DNA of 64,000 nucleotides from contig NC_058368.1 of NCBI RefSeq assembly GCF_018350175.1, positions 93,436,001-93,500,000 on the forward strand, given 5' to 3'. The notes beneath the pieces are model-generated. The model made no database searches and was not told the origin of the DNA. It worked only from the letters and a program-made list of their open reading frames with translations. This DNA comes from Felis catus. Its lineage: Eukaryota. This document shows, piece by piece, positions 24,550 through 38,385 of this stretch; within the stretch, counting starts at the first letter, position 1; each line of letters begins with the position of its first letter. The position numbers and the translations under genes are program-made.

Positions 24550-24708
24550 TCAGTGGTAATCCGGTAATGCACAACACAGGGGAACTTATTAGAAATGCAA
24601 ATATCCTGGCAGAACCTCAGGCCTACTGAGTCAGAATGTCTGGGGGTGGGCCCCAGGAAGCTGTGCGTCAACAATTTCTCAAGCAGGCCCAAGTTTGAGA
24701 AGCCCAGG
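24550..24708. mobile_element. MER5A-like hAT-Charlie DNA transposon relic
   Basis: TTAGAAATGCAAAT...CTCAGGCCTACTGAGTCAGAATGTCTGGGGGTGGGCCCCAGGAA...AAGTTTGAGAA. Confidence 0.8.
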
Positions 24709-24942
24709 TTTAAACAATCAGATGCTAACCCAGGCTCCAGAGCATAGGACTGGAACAAACAGGTTGAAGTTTAAAAGAATAGATTTTGGACACAAATCAG
24801 GACAACGTCTAAGTGTCATGACAAGTGCAGTCGGAACCCAGGGAACCAGGTAGCTCCCCACTGGAGAAAGGATTCAAGTGGGAGCTTTCAGAATGTTGTG
24901 GAAGAGATTCAACAGCAAATGACCTTTAAAGTCCTTTGTAAT

Positions 24943-25155
24943 GGGGCGCCTGGGTGGCTCAGTCGGTTAAGCGGCCAACTTCAGCTCAGGTCACTATCTC
25001 GCTGTCCGTGAGTTCGAGCCCCGTGTAGGCCTCTGTGCTGACAGCTCAGAGCCTGGAGCCTGTTTCAGATTCTGTGTTTCCCTCTCTCTGACCCTCCCCT
25101 GTTCATGCTCTGTCTCTCCCTGTCTCAAAAATAAATAAAACGTTAAAAAAAAAAT
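24943..25155 (+). mobile_element. Can-SINE
   Basis: TSD TTAAAGTCCTTTGTAA at 24926-24941 and 25156-25171. Confidence 0.96.
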
Positions 25156-25719
25156 TTAAAGTCCTTTGTAACACTGAGGGTTGACCCTAACATTAAGGGT
25201 TTTGCCCATGATTTTCTTTAAATATCTACTGGTGAGTGATTATAACAAAGAGTCCGTCTAGAAAACTGATAATTTATCTTTGAATTTAATAAGGAAACTT
25301 TGCCCCTAAGAGGACAAAGAAGTGCTTAGAGTCCCATATCCCAGTGGGAGAAGGGGACTCTACTGTCCTGACATGTACCACAGTGAGACTTCCCAGGGAC
25401 AGGCTGGCCCTTGGTTGGGTAAGTTGAAAAGAAGTCTGGACTCTGGGACTTTTCCAAGCAGACAGAGAACATATCAGCTGCCAGTCCTAATAAACAATCT
25501 CTTTTGTGGTCCATTATCCACTGATAAACCTTACTGGATTCATAAAGCTTGTCCAGATGGCAGCTGGATCACAGAACAACAACAAAAACAAAACAAACAA
25601 AAAATACATAATTATTGAACAGATAAACAGAGAAAAATCTAAAACATGAAAAAAAAAACCACTTAGGATCACACACAGACATATGATCACACTGGGACAT
25701 CAGTATGAGTTCTTTTCAT

Positions 25720-25922
25720 TTTTTTAAATTTTAGTTCTTTATGTTGAGAAAGAAAGAACAAGGGAGAGGTTTGGTAGGGAGAGGGAGGGAGGGAGGGAAT
25801 CTTAAGCAGGCTCCACACTTAGCACAGAACCTGATGTGGGGCTTGATCCCAAGACCCTTGGATCATGACCTGAGCTAAAATCAAGAGTCAGACACTCAAT
25901 CGACTGTGCCACCAGGTGCCCC
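25720..25922 (-). mobile_element. Can-SINE
   Basis: Reverse SINE; CAGTAT(G/A)AGTTCTTTT on both flanks. Confidence 0.92.
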
Positions 25923-26276
25923 AGTATAAGTTCTTTTTCAGATTGTATTAGCATTTCTCTCAAACAAAAATGATTGTGGAGAAGGTGGAAGGGAAACAGC
26001 CATTTCTCTTTGATGTCTTTATGCTTGGCTATGAGGATGATTGCTAGAATATTTTCCAACCACTTAGTTGGGAAATCCTCTTTCACAGAAACCACATGCT
26101 TGTTCAAAATACACTCTAAATCACTTGATGAGAGTGACCTTTTATAAAAAGCAAAACCAGTCCTGATGTCCCTCATTCTCTCAAGACTGGCTTCGCTTCC
26201 AAGCACTAAAAGGATGTTTCCCCCTGCTTCTGCTTAGATCCAATGATGTAGAAAGAGAAATAAAATGCCCCTGACA

Positions 26277-26510
26277 GGGCTCCTGGGTGGCTCAATCAGT
26301 TAAGTGCCTGACTTCAGCTCAGGTCATGATCTCACAGTTCGTGAGTTCGAGCCCTGTGTCAGGCTATGTGCTGACAGCTCAGAGCATGGAGCCTGCTTCT
26401 GATTCTGTGTCTCCCTCTCTCTCTGCCCCTCCCCAACTCATCCTCTGTCTCTGTCTCTCTCTCTCAAAAATACATAAAACATTAAAAAACATTTAAAAAT
26501 TAAAATTAAA
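26277..26510 (+). mobile_element. Can-SINE
   Basis: SINE body; CCCTGACA on both flanks. Confidence 0.94.
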
Positions 26511-27181
26511 ATAGCCCTGACAAAACCACTATATAACTTCCAGTTCTTAGGGAAAGGCAATTTTCACTCATAAAGTTTTTTTTCTTTTCATTTAGACCTG
26601 TCAAGGTATGCACTGATGCTTCAGGGCTGACCATGAATCTCCTGAATCTGTGCGTAAGTGTTCTGAATGTAGAAATGCAAGGAGTGAATGAAAGAACATA
26701 AGAGGCCTTTGCAGAAGTCTGTCTGCTTTAGCGTTTTTATTCTTGACAGACACATTATGCTGTAAACACCTAAGTGCTAGCTTTATTTCTCCTCTGCCAA
26801 AATCAAGGCCTGAATCTCGACAAGTTTCAAATCTGTAAGGTACACATACAGTCATTCAGTGTTATAAGGCATAGATCTTAAAAACTTTAGGGAAAATGCT
26901 TAAATGGAAAAGAAAAAAAAACTGAACGATACAAAGAAAAATAATGTGACAGACATAAAGCATTTCAGTTGATGTGGCTTTTTTTTTTCATAGAAGTATT
27001 ATTCTCATGTTTTTTTTTTTTATTTTGACTGTTTTATTGTCATTCAGCTGTTTTTTTCCCCATAAAAGGGGGCAGTTATATTATTTTTTAGGTGGCAACA
27101 AAGGATTTTATATATTCACTGCCTGGGAAGGTAAACAAGACCATTAATTCTACCCACGTGTTAACAATTGATGCAGGCCCA

Positions 27182-27345
27182 GGGTGCCTGGGTGGCTCAG
27201 TCCATGAACAATCCAACTCTTGGTTTCAGCTGAGGGTCTTGCTACAAAGGGCCTGTTTGGGATTCTCTCTCTCCCTCTCTCTGCCCCTCCCCCATTCCCA
27301 AATAAAATAAAACTCTCAAATAAAATAAAGCTTTAAAAAATTTTA
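27182..27345 (+). mobile_element. internally deleted Can-SINE
   Basis: Head and CT tail present, middle missing; TGATGC(A/G)GGCCC on both flanks. Confidence 0.85.
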
Positions 27346-27974
27346 TCAAATAAAAATACTTTGAAAAACAAACAAATCAACAACAACAACAACAAACAAC
27401 TGATGCGGGCCCTTGTCCTCACTGATCCCCAAAGTTTGTCTCTGCACACTGGTTGGATTAGGTCACTTGCACTGTCACTGCCCATCAGTCCATCCATGAC
27501 AAACTTCAAACACAACAGCATGGTATTCCAGGTCCTGATGGCCATCTGGCCAGCCCTCCCTCTCACTTTATTTATCTGTTTTCCTCCTCTCCCCATATCT
27601 CTGTGTGTTCCTTCCCTGCCTCACACCACTCACTCTACCAGGACTACTCCTCTCTTCAGAATTTGATCAGACTGTGTCTTGATTAGCAGAGCCCGATGAA
27701 CATTCTTTCCTGGTTCCCGTGTTGGATACCATAATATGAAGGCTTCTTAACAAATCTATTTCCCTCACCAAACTCTGAGCTTTCAGGACAGAACCAATCC
27801 TTATTCTTCTTATTCTTCTTTCTAATTCCATATCGTGTGCCATGTAGACTCTTTGATAAATGTATACTGATGAATGAGTGATGAAATAAATACATGAATG
27901 TCAGGCGTGCATTGCGTCCCAAAAATACAGAAACACAGTAGACCAGTCTAGAAACCAGGCTATTCACCAGCAAA

Positions 27975-28170
27975 TTTTTTTTAACTTCACTTTTTTATTT
28001 ACTTAAAGAGACAGAGCACAGGGGAAGGACAGAGAGAAAGAGAATCCCAAGCAGGCTCTGCACTGACAGCACAAAGCCCTATGTGGGGCTTGACTTCATG
28101 AACTGTGAGATCATAACCTGAGCCAAAATCAAGAGTTGGATGCTTAACCAACAGAGCCACTCAGGTGCCT
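27975..28170 (-). mobile_element. Can-SINE
   Basis: Reverse SINE; TCACCAGCAAAT TSD. Confidence 0.93.
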
Positions 28171-28749
28171 CACCAGCAAATGTTTTTAATGCAACTGGAA
28201 TACTTAGAAATCATCCTACCACTAAGTATCTCTGATAATGATCATATATTAATGGCAAATATCTATAAATTATTCAAGTGACAAATATCCATTGTTGTGA
28301 TAAATATAAAAGAATTAAATAATATAATCCCTGGCCTTCAAGTCTTTTCAGAGCACTCTTTTATTTACCCTTGGGGGTGAAATATATAAATTTTAAATGG
28401 TCAAAATCTCCACTTTATGCCCATAATTACTTTTCTTTGCCAAGTTACTAAAACTCATGCCTTTCTGGGAGTCTGCAGAAGACAACAGAAAGCAGACCAG
28501 AATTTTGAGCGAGAGAACCAGTACCTGTCAACTTCCTCCTTTGTCCCTTCCTCCAGAAGTAAATATTTCACCTCCAACTTGAAGGGTGAAATAAAGTTGC
28601 AGGCAAAGTTAGGGCAGAAGCATTCCAAGAAGAGAGAACAACAGGATGAATATCTTAAGGTTAGAAAGGAGCTTGGTGCGCTTAAGACACAAGGGCAAGA
28701 CCATGTGAATGGAGTAGAGTCAGAAAGTGTCGAATGGCCTGAGGGAATC

Positions 28750-29413
28750 AATGTCAGACACCCAACTACCGACCCCAGAAACTCAGAGAACATCAAGCAG
28801 GATAAATGCCAAGAAAACTATACCTTGACATATCATATTCAAACTTCATAAAATCAAAGATTAAAAAAAAATCTTGACAGAACTCAGAGGATTAAAAACC
28901 TTATGTATAGAGGAGCAAAGGTAAGAATTACATCCAACTTCTTTTCAGAAACTATTGGAAGGAAGAGAGTGAAGTGAAATATTTAAGGTGTTGAAAGAAA
29001 AAACTCAGTAATCTATATTTCTGTATCCAGGGAAATTATCCTTCAACAGTTAAGAAAAAATAAAGATTTTCTAGGACAAAAAAAAATTGTTATTGCAGTG
29101 CAAACTGACTAAGACAAGGGATCAATAACCACATATATAAAGAACTCCTACGATTCAACAACAACAATAAAAACCCAATTTAAAAAATGGGCAGAGGACT
29201 TGAACAGACTTTTCTCCAAAAAGGACTTGGAAAGATACTCAATGTCACTTATCATTAGGGAAATGCAAATGAAAACCAAAATGAGTTACCACCTCAGACT
29301 CAAGAGGATGGCCACTATCATGAAGACAGAAAATAACAAGTGTTGGCAAGGATGTGGAGAAACTGGAACCCTTGTGTTCCTTCTCTCCTCCCTCCATGCC
29401 CCTCCTCTGCTTG

Positions 29414-29444
<31 letters not shown>

Positions 29445-30262
29445 AAAATAAGTAAATAAACTTAAAAAATTAAATATAGAATTACCAGATGATCCTCCAA
29501 TTCCACTTTTGTGTATATGCTCGAAAGAACTGAAATGATGGATTAGGAGAAATATTTGTGCATCCATATTTCTAACAGCACCAAACGGGAAGAAACCCAG
29601 GTATCCATCCGCAGTAAATAGGTAAGAAAATCCAGCACGTAGATACAATGAAATATCAGTCCACCTTACAAAGAGAGGAAATTCTGACACAGGCTACAAC
29701 ATGGATGAACCCTGAAGATATTATGCTACGTGAAGTAAGTCAATCACAAAATAAAAAATACTGTATGATTCCACTTCAAGGAGTTATCTAGACCAGTCAG
29801 ACTCACAGAGACAGTCAGTAGAAGGGTGGTTGTCAGGAACTGAGATGAGAGCAAAGTGGGTAATTAGTGTTTAATGGGTTTAATCAGTTTTGCAGGATGA
29901 AAAGAGTTCTGTGAATGGACGGTGGTGCTAGCATCAAAATGTGAATATACGTAACATCACTGAAAAGGACACTTAAAGGGACACCTGGGTGGCTCAGTCG
30001 GCTGAGTGTCTGACTCGTGATCTCGGTTCTGGTCATGATCTCACTGTTCATGAGTTCAAGCCCTGTGTCAGGCTCTGTGACAGAACAGAGCCTGCTTGGA
30101 ATTTTCTCTCCTTCTTTATCTGCCCCTATCCCTCCCCTTTCATACTCTCTCTTTCTCTCTCTCTCTCAAAATAAGTACATAAACTTAAAAAAAATTTAAT
30201 AAAATTTAATAAAATTAAAAAGTACACTTAAAAACGGCATGCTGTGCCTATTTTACCACAGT
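28750..30262 (+). mobile_element. fragmented old L1 (ORF1 remnant, ORF2 end, L1MB-like 3' UTR)
   Basis: CTCAGAGAACATCAAGCAGGATAAAT (ORF1-like); ATCATTAGGGAAATGCAAATGAAAACC; ACAACATGGATGAACCCTGAAGATATTATGCT. Confidence 0.85.
29978..30220 (+). mobile_element. Can-SINE in L1
   Basis: SINE body; AAAAG(G/T)ACACTTAAA on both flanks. Confidence 0.92.
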
Positions 30263-31369
30263 AAGAAAAAATACAAGCAAATATGTGAAGTAAATGTATA
30301 AAGATAAAAAAATTACACATAGAATGATTTGAATGATGTATGATAAGAAAAAATAAAATCCTAAGGAAAACTATATAAAATATTGGCATCCAATCATTTT
30401 GAGGACTAGAGTTACAGTTATTTTTTGAAGAGTTCATGCATGGAGTTTCGAAAGAGTTTGTAATAACTGTGTATTACTTTTATAGTAAAACAAAATAAGG
30501 GGAAAATGTGACTGAGAGAGTATATACTTAGCAGAAACACATATTCAGTATAAGGCAGAAACCAAGGAATCAGTAATGCTCACAGAGAGTTAAAGATCAG
30601 TGAGAAAAACAATGCAGATCCTAACTTGAAATGGATGAGATAACTAAAAATCAGTTTAGAGGCTTGAGCTATACAAATGAAAGCAGAAACATCATTCTGG
30701 TTTTAACAAGAATTCCAGCCCTATGAAAATAAGGGCAGAGGGACTAAACCAAGGTCACTTGCGTTATTATAGATAAGAAAACTCAAGACAGACTATACAA
30801 AAAGGGGGACATAATTTTTACTTCTTTTTTCTCTAAGAAAGGTCTGTACCTTTACCACCATGGTGTTTCTGAGAAATCATTAACAGTAGCAGGCGTGGAA
30901 CTATAAATGGTAGCCTAGGACCTCCAGCAGGGAGTCAGTAAAGTCAGTAGGTTTTACGAAATACAAGAGAAAAATCATTCGGTCAAGAAAAAGAGAGCCA
31001 GAGCTGACCAGCAGGAAGACTATGAGAGTCAGAGACAATCTTCTCGAGGTCATGTACAAACTACACCATTTGACATTGGACTAGGAAAACAAATCAAATT
31101 GCTTTTTTAATATTTGGGAAGCAATTTTAGAACAGCTTGAGTAATAACAAATTCAATATTCCCCTCTCTATTTATAAATGCAAATGCTGGTGCCAAGCAG
31201 GAAAACTGGCTGGCTGACTCCCCTTTATACAACAGTCTATCCTCAGACATGGCGCTGGCACATGATTATGGATGTATTCCTTTTGGGGTAGGGGAGAGAG
31301 AGGAGAGAGGGAGAGGAGGCAAGGAAGAACTTCCTTATCGTTCACATTCTGTCCTTAGTATCTATCAAA

Positions 31370-31583
31370 CTTTTTTTAATGTTTTATTCATTTTTTTGAG
31401 AGAGAGAGACAGAGAGAGATAGAGCACAAGTCAGGGAGGGGCAGAGCAAGGACACAGAACCCAAAGCAGGCTCCAGGCTCTGAGCTGTCAGCACAGAGCC
31501 CGACGTGGGGCTTGAGCCCACAAACTGTGAGATCATGACCTGAGCCGAAGTCAGATACCCAACCAACTGAGCCACCCAGGCGC
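31370..31583 (-). mobile_element. Can-SINE
   Basis: Reverse SINE body. Confidence 0.93.
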
Positions 31584-31984
31584 TTCGTAATTTTAAGTGT
31601 GCTCAACCTTTGACCCAGCAACCTACTTCTAGGAATACATCCTAAAGAAATTCTTATACAAGTTAACTCAAGCCACACCCATGGCATTATTTTATTAAAG
31701 ACAACCATTTAAAATCAACCTGAATGTCTATGCATTTGAGGATGGTTAAATAAACCATGTAATGTTCAAACTAGGAATACCATGCAGTCATTATACTGAA
31801 TCACTTATTTCTTGACATGAATGGATACCTATGGTATATTGTTGAATTTAAAAAGTAAGGTTTTAATAATACAGACAATGTAGTCTCATACGTTCAAGAA
31901 ATACATATCTATGTATTTGTGTGAGAGTATGTGTAAACATGTATATGTGAATATATATACATGACTGCATAGAAAGAGATACTT

Positions 31985-32155
31985 GGGGTACCTGGGTAGG
32001 TTAAGCATCTGACTTCTAATTTGGGCTCACGTCATGATCTCATGGTTCGTGAGTTCGAGCCCCACATCAGTCTCTGCACTGACAATGCGGAGCCTGCCTG
32101 GGATTCTCTCTTTTGCTCTCACTTTGCCCCTTTCACTCTCTTTCTATCTCAAAAA
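31985..32155 (+). mobile_element. Can-SINE
   Basis: SINE body; AGAGATACT on both flanks. Confidence 0.9.
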
Positions 32156-33796
32156 GAGAGAGAGAGAGAGAAAGAGAGAGATACTAATACCTAACACATT
32201 TATTCTTAGCAATTACTAGCAATCACAAATTATTAGCAATAACACTCAAGGGAGTAAATGTAAGAAAGAATGGAGAGAAACTATCCCTTTTTAATTTAAG
32301 GTTTTATGCATTGAAGAAAACTTGACAGTTCTAGTATTAATCAAGTTAAAAGTATTTAAACTTATTTTAAGTTTGTCTCTTCTTCCACATTTTTCTAACA
32401 AGGTTCAGAAATCAAGCTCAGAAGCCAAGCCTGTTATAAAATTAAGAAGCCGCCAAGAAGCACGTTATTCTACAGTATGCAGCATATCAGCGTCCTTTGG
32501 ACTCTCCTCTCATCATGAAAACAGTGTCTGGGATAACTATGGTATTGCTTTTGTCAAGTCGGCTGAGACCTCTAAAAAGATGCAGAATTTTCACTCAAAA
32601 AGTGAGCATAAATTAAATAGCATTTCCATGTTTCTGTAGCAGAGCCATCCTGCAAAGGCAGGTCCTGGGCTGAGCTAGCTCACTGCTCCTCAGAGGAAGC
32701 CCAAAACACTGCCCCAGTTCTCCTGGTGCTGACAAAAGCCACTACAAGCCACATTCAATCTGCAAAGAATGCCACCATTTTCCAGTCTTTGCCTTTGTCT
32801 GTACTTATGACTGCCTTAGTGTAAAACCTTTATTTTGTGTGTGTGTGTGTGTGTGTGCATGCCCATGTGCTCACACACTGAGTTCAGTATTTACCCAACC
32901 TTCTTATGTCCCAGGTAGTTCTTAGGCTGCTAAGTCTCTCGTGTTCTTTGAGCAATTTTTTAAATTTCAGTAGAGTTGACACCTTACATGAATGTGTTGG
33001 ATCCTTTTGGCAAAACCTGAGTTGCCTGTAAAGGCTGGCATGGTGGGAGAATGAGTCACACCCATTTCCCTCCTAAGCCACTGTGTTTACAGTCAACAGT
33101 TCACCCAGCCCTGCCCCACATCCGTGCCCCTCCACGTCCTTCCAGGCACTGGCTTCACAGTAGACAAGGACAAGGATCTAGGCAGCCCCACAGCCTCAGG
33201 AAGACCCAGGATAAGAATATGGGAATAAAAACAAGAGTTGGTTGTACTCTGCAAGTACTATTTACACTTGCCCAATGGCACAGCATCTCACAGAAGAGAT
33301 AGGTGCCAAAAGCCTTCAGTAATGGCACATGAACATGAAGAAACCCGACGGAGCATGACAGATCACCTCAGTACTCCCATTCCTGGGAGTATTAGAAGTT
33401 TCCAAAGAGACGAGGGAAAACTTTTCAGCATCTCTGAGACAAAACTGAAATACAAGGACCAGCTTCTCTTGTTCACCTAATAACGGGCATTTATTCTTTC
33501 TCCCTCTCCCTGTTGCTCAGTTAATATGATTCAGCCTTCATGTTCAGATCGAGTGTGAGATCTCCAGTCAAGATTCCCCTAAAGTAAGTCCTTAGTAGAG
33601 GCCCTCAATGTTTTGTACTGCTGCCATCACAGCATATATCAACAGTGCAATTTCTTCTGTGTTTGTATGCTTGTTTCATTAGGATATGATTGTTTCATTA
33701 CTGACTCTTCACTGACCTGTAAATTCCATGAAGACTTAATCTTACAGCACCGTGCCTATAACATGATCAGTCCTCAAAACCTCATTGAATAGAAGG

Positions 33797-33827
<31 letters not shown>

Positions 33828-35634
33828 CGAAGGAAGGAATGGATGAAGCCAATTCATCTCAGAGGCTGCCAGCCTCCCTTACACTCAACATCACCATGGT
33901 CAGGCTTGACTCATTTGTCAGCACATGGACTAATGATCAAGAGGAAAGGCAGGGAAGTTGAGGCTCATCTAAAAAGTATGTGTGTAAGTCACTAGGGCTC
34001 ATGCAAGAAAGAAGAGTAGGCTTTTATGGGTTCCTACCTCAGCTTCTCTAGTTGATCAGACATTCAGAAGCATGAGGTGGAAAGTGAGGTATGAGAATAA
34101 AATCAGGAAATGTGCTTGTGGGAGAAAAGATAGGTGGTAGAGAAGATGGTCTGAAAGCAAGAAAGGCCAACTTTGGGGATAGTCTAGTAGTAAGCATGAT
34201 GGTCTAGTCCCAGGAAGACTGGTTCAGCTATGTTTGAGTGCCAAAACACCAATCCTTTGGAGTACTAGACCAGGTACTAGACAGGAGCTCAACATGGAGG
34301 GGGTAGAATATGTTCCTACAACGAGATGCCCTTCATTATTCACGGTCCCTAAAACTGCCAAGAAAGCATTAAGATGCCAAAGGACTAATTCGTCTTGCAA
34401 TAACTTAGGAGATTTTATTGCCTCCATAAAGCCAATAGGCAATTCAATGAATCAAACCCATTTTAAAGAAGAATACTTTGACAAAGTATGTATCATTTTT
34501 AAAACCTTTTCTGATATTAACATATTCCATTCCATTCCTTTCCAAGTTGAAGTACCTTCCCTTCACCATAACAACCTGCATCTCATGACAAGCAGAGAGC
34601 TATTATTAGCAAAAAGAGGAGCATTTCCAATTCACACGTCTGCCTTCTCAACCGTGGGAATATTTTCAATCTCTCCTGCGTTTATACTAATCACAGAAAT
34701 CTTTAAAATTGGGAAGAATAAAATCCCAAAGAAAAGGCTCTGCTGATATGCAAATGAAATTGGAATCTACTTTAAAGGGACAAATGTATCAGTTACACGT
34801 GTGCCAGAGAAAATAAGTCAACAGTATGAAGGAAAAAGTTCTAAATACACAAACATCGTTTTTGTTTTTTGTTGTTTTTTTTTTTTTTTTTTTTAGTAAA
34901 TCAACATTTATTCAACACCTATACTGTGCTTGGTAGTGTGTTAGATGATAAAATACAGACCAAAACATATTTGTAACAAGGACGGTTAACTGATTAGAAG
35001 AAAACAACAAAACACAATAAAACACGGCTTCACTAGATATACAGGCAAAGGATACAGACAATTCCCAAAAGAGGCCATAGCCTAAAAAATATCAACATAT
35101 GAAAACCCTGATCAAGTAGTGATCAGAGATACAAATTAAAACCATAATGAGACCATTTCAATTATCAAGTTAATAAGAACTACAAATGAGGAACATTCTT
35201 TTTCTTAATTCTACTATAATAATTGCTTTGGGGGTCCATATTTCAACTATCTTAATTTGCCAAAGTGAACATATTTTGAATTTTAGTCAGAAAGTATTTA
35301 TTAATTACTAGTGCTGTTTCTAATTAATTACTATTCCATTTTCTAACAAAGTCCTAAATTTACTTAATCGGATTTTGTCTTAACTTCCCAAAACAATTTT
35401 TTGTTGTGTTGCTTTCAATGGACAGAGACAGAGCCTTTTTTCTGGAATGCTCAAACACATTTCTACTTTCTCACTCGCTAGATAGATGCCTCTCAATGGA
35501 CTTTAGAGTCAAAGGTTAGTGTGTCTTTCCAGAGCTATAGCTAACTAGAATGCCTTAGTGAATAACTCAAAAATGCTTCTTACCTTGAATTATCTCTATG
35601 GCAAAGCTAAATCACTTCACATAACCATTCTAAA

Positions 35635-35831
35635 AAAATTTTTAATGTTTATTTATTTTTCAAAGAGAGAGAGTGAGCAGGAGAGGGGCAGAAAGAGAGG
35701 GAGACAGAGAATCCGAAACAGGCTCCCGGCTCTGTCAGCACAGAACCCGACACAGGGCTCAAACCTACGAACCATGAGATCATGACCTGAGCCGAAGTCA
35801 GACGCTTAACTGACAGCCACCTAGGCACCCC
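35635..35831 (-). mobile_element. Can-SINE
   Basis: TSD TCACATAACCATT. Confidence 0.95.
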
Positions 35832-36924
35832 TCACATAACCATTTTAAGTTAAGGCATGTCCTTATTCAAGTAAGCAGAGCCCATGAGAACAGTCTCGGG
35901 CACTGTTTATAGATCTAGAAGTGAAGGAGGAGGGGCTCCATTGTCATTTCTGCACCAGAACTGCACTCAAAGGAATCAGAGTGCCAGACGCCGGGTGGGA
36001 GGCTGGAGAAAAGGAGATCAGACCAGTACGCATCTGTCTCACAGGCCTTGAGCATCTTGATATGGAGGACCACGCACTCACTCCACATAAATCTGTTTTG
36101 TTTCATTTGAAGTCTCGGAAGTTCCTGCTTTGGCAAAAGAGATCATGTCATCATGTCGTATGTTGCCTAAGCTCTTTCTCCTTATCTAGATGAGTAACTC
36201 TCCAGGGGGGTGGGAGAGGTGGTGGACACCAGCACGGTGGGATGGGAGAATATGTAGCTTGTAAAGGTATATGACACAACTTCTTAAGTAGGAAAGACGG
36301 GGGCCAAGAAGCTGGGGATGACCCACAACTTAAGATGTATTCTGTCTGAGAAGGAGCTTGCGTGCAGAGCCACAAAACAAGTTGAGGAATACTGCTCTCA
36401 AGGGCTGGGATTATCTACTGTAGATATTTACATAGGGAGATATGGTGTATTCACCACCCGCAAGCCAAGACTGCTTCTTTTTCTGAGTTACCGGCCCCAT
36501 GAGATCCGCTAGGCCAGAGCTGACCCTGGGCACAATCATGAAGTATGGCTTTTGTACAATCCCGTCTCTTCTGAGAATGGTCATTTCAGCCCACTGGGGG
36601 CCTTGTCTCTTCCTGCTCTGATTGCTGGAGGCCCAGCACTCCTCTAGTATACCCCTGAATGGCCAGACTCTCTCTCACATCTCAGGTCCAGGGAGAACTT
36701 TTCCAAGACATCACCACACCTGTGAGTCCATCTTCCTTCTCCATCCCTGAGATGCAAACTATCCTCAGAGACTCTCATTTCTTGGTGTCTCTCAAGAGGA
36801 TGATTCATAGTAAATTTAAATGATTTAGCTAAATGCAACAATATTGCTTATGGTTTTGTATCTGCAGAGTATTAATTTCTTTTAGACTTATGTGTCGCGT
36901 GCATAATTGAGCTGAAGACAGAAT

Positions 36925-37137
36925 TTTTTTTAATTTTTTTCATGTTTATTATTTTTGAGAGAGAGAGAGAATGAGTATAGTGGGGGAGGGGCAGAGAGAG
37001 GGAGACACGGAATCCAAAGCAGGCTCCAGGCTCTGAGCTGTCAGCACATAACCCAAGGCAGGGCTCAAACTCAGGAACCGTGAGATCATGATCTGAGCCG
37101 GTCAGACGCTCAACCGACTGAGCCACCCAGGCGCCCC
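36925..37137 (-). mobile_element. Can-SINE
   Basis: Reverse SINE; ACAGAAT on both flanks. Confidence 0.93.
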
Positions 37138-37483
37138 AACAGAATAGTATTCTAAGACAAAATTGATTGGAAACATGACAGTCAACAAAGATGAAGACCT
37201 AGGTAAGTGGATTCTTGGGCACATGTATGTTGACCCGAGACATTAAATTGTAAGATGGAATGATAGCAAGACTATTTAGGGTAACTAAAAGGATTGATAG
37301 GAAAAGATATAAGGAAGTTTCCTCTGCAAGAAAAGCAGGTATGATCATCAGCTACAGAGCTAAACCAGAGGTTCTAGAGCCCAAAATGAGATGGATATTG
37401 ATTTCCACACTATTTACACCTAGCATTCAACCCAAGTAGACATTTGTGACACCATGCAGTCACCTATAATCGTTCACAAAACA

Positions 37484-37698
37484 GGGGCAGCTGGGTGGCT
37501 CAGTTGGTCATGTGTCTGACTTCGCATGATCTCACGGTTCATGAGTTTGAGCCTCACGTCAGGCTCTGTACTGACAGCTCAGAGCCTGGAACATACTTTG
37601 GATTCTGTATCTGCCTCTCTCTCTCTGCCCCTCCCCTGCTCACTTTCTTTCTCTCTTTCTCTCTCAAAAATAAATAAATGTTAAAAAAATTTTTTTAA
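37484..37698 (+). mobile_element. Can-SINE
   Basis: SINE body; GTTCACAAA on both flanks. Confidence 0.93.
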
Positions 37699-37739
37699 AT
37701 AGTTCACAAAGCAATGATACATAATTGTATCAAATTCTC

Positions 37740-37935
37740 TGGCCTTGTCTCTTGCTAGCTGTAGGTCCTTGGGCAATTCTATGTCCTCATTCTGCCACAG
37801 TTTCCTCGTTTGCAAAATATGAGTTCACAATAACATCTACCACAACCATGTCTCATAATGACTCCGAGTATTAGTAACAGTAAAGGACTAAATACAGTAT
37901 CTAGAACATAGTAATAGCTCAATAACTGTTAGCCA
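37740..37935. mobile_element. MIR relic
   Basis: GCTGTAGGTCCTTGGGCAA...CAGTTTCCTCGTTTGCAAAAT...GCTCAATAACTGTTAGC. Confidence 0.75.
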
Positions 37936-38339
37936 CCATTCATGCCAACTCCGGAAATTATCTTTAATTTTTTTATCTTTATATCTCTTTGATCTTTCCC
38001 CATTCAGTTTTACTATTATCTTAATCTACAATGACCTTGGAAGTATAATTGAACTTTTCCACATGCATTAGCATTTGTTATTTTTAAATTGAAAATTATT
38101 TATACACCTTGTCCACCCCCGCCCACCTTTTTTTTTAAATGATTTGTAGATACTTTCTCAAGGTTGACATCTGGTTTTTAAGATTTTCTTTAGAGTCAGT
38201 CTCATAAAAAGGAATTCAAACAATACATTTTTTAGACATGAAACCTATTTGAAGCATCTCCAGAGGTCAAGATCTTAGGGTCAATTTAATATGAAGAAAC
38301 TGAAGGCCAAGGTCTTATGGCTATAAAATAAAATCTGAA

Positions 38340-38341
<2 letters not shown>

Positions 38342-38384
<43 letters not shown>
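38342..38384. repeat. (CA)n microsatellite
   Basis: Directly visible. Confidence 0.97.

Positions 38385-38385
<1 letters not shown>

Noticed and set aside
34234..34746. Longest ORF (170 aa)
   Set aside because: Non-ATG start, no recognisable homology and no supporting splice structure.
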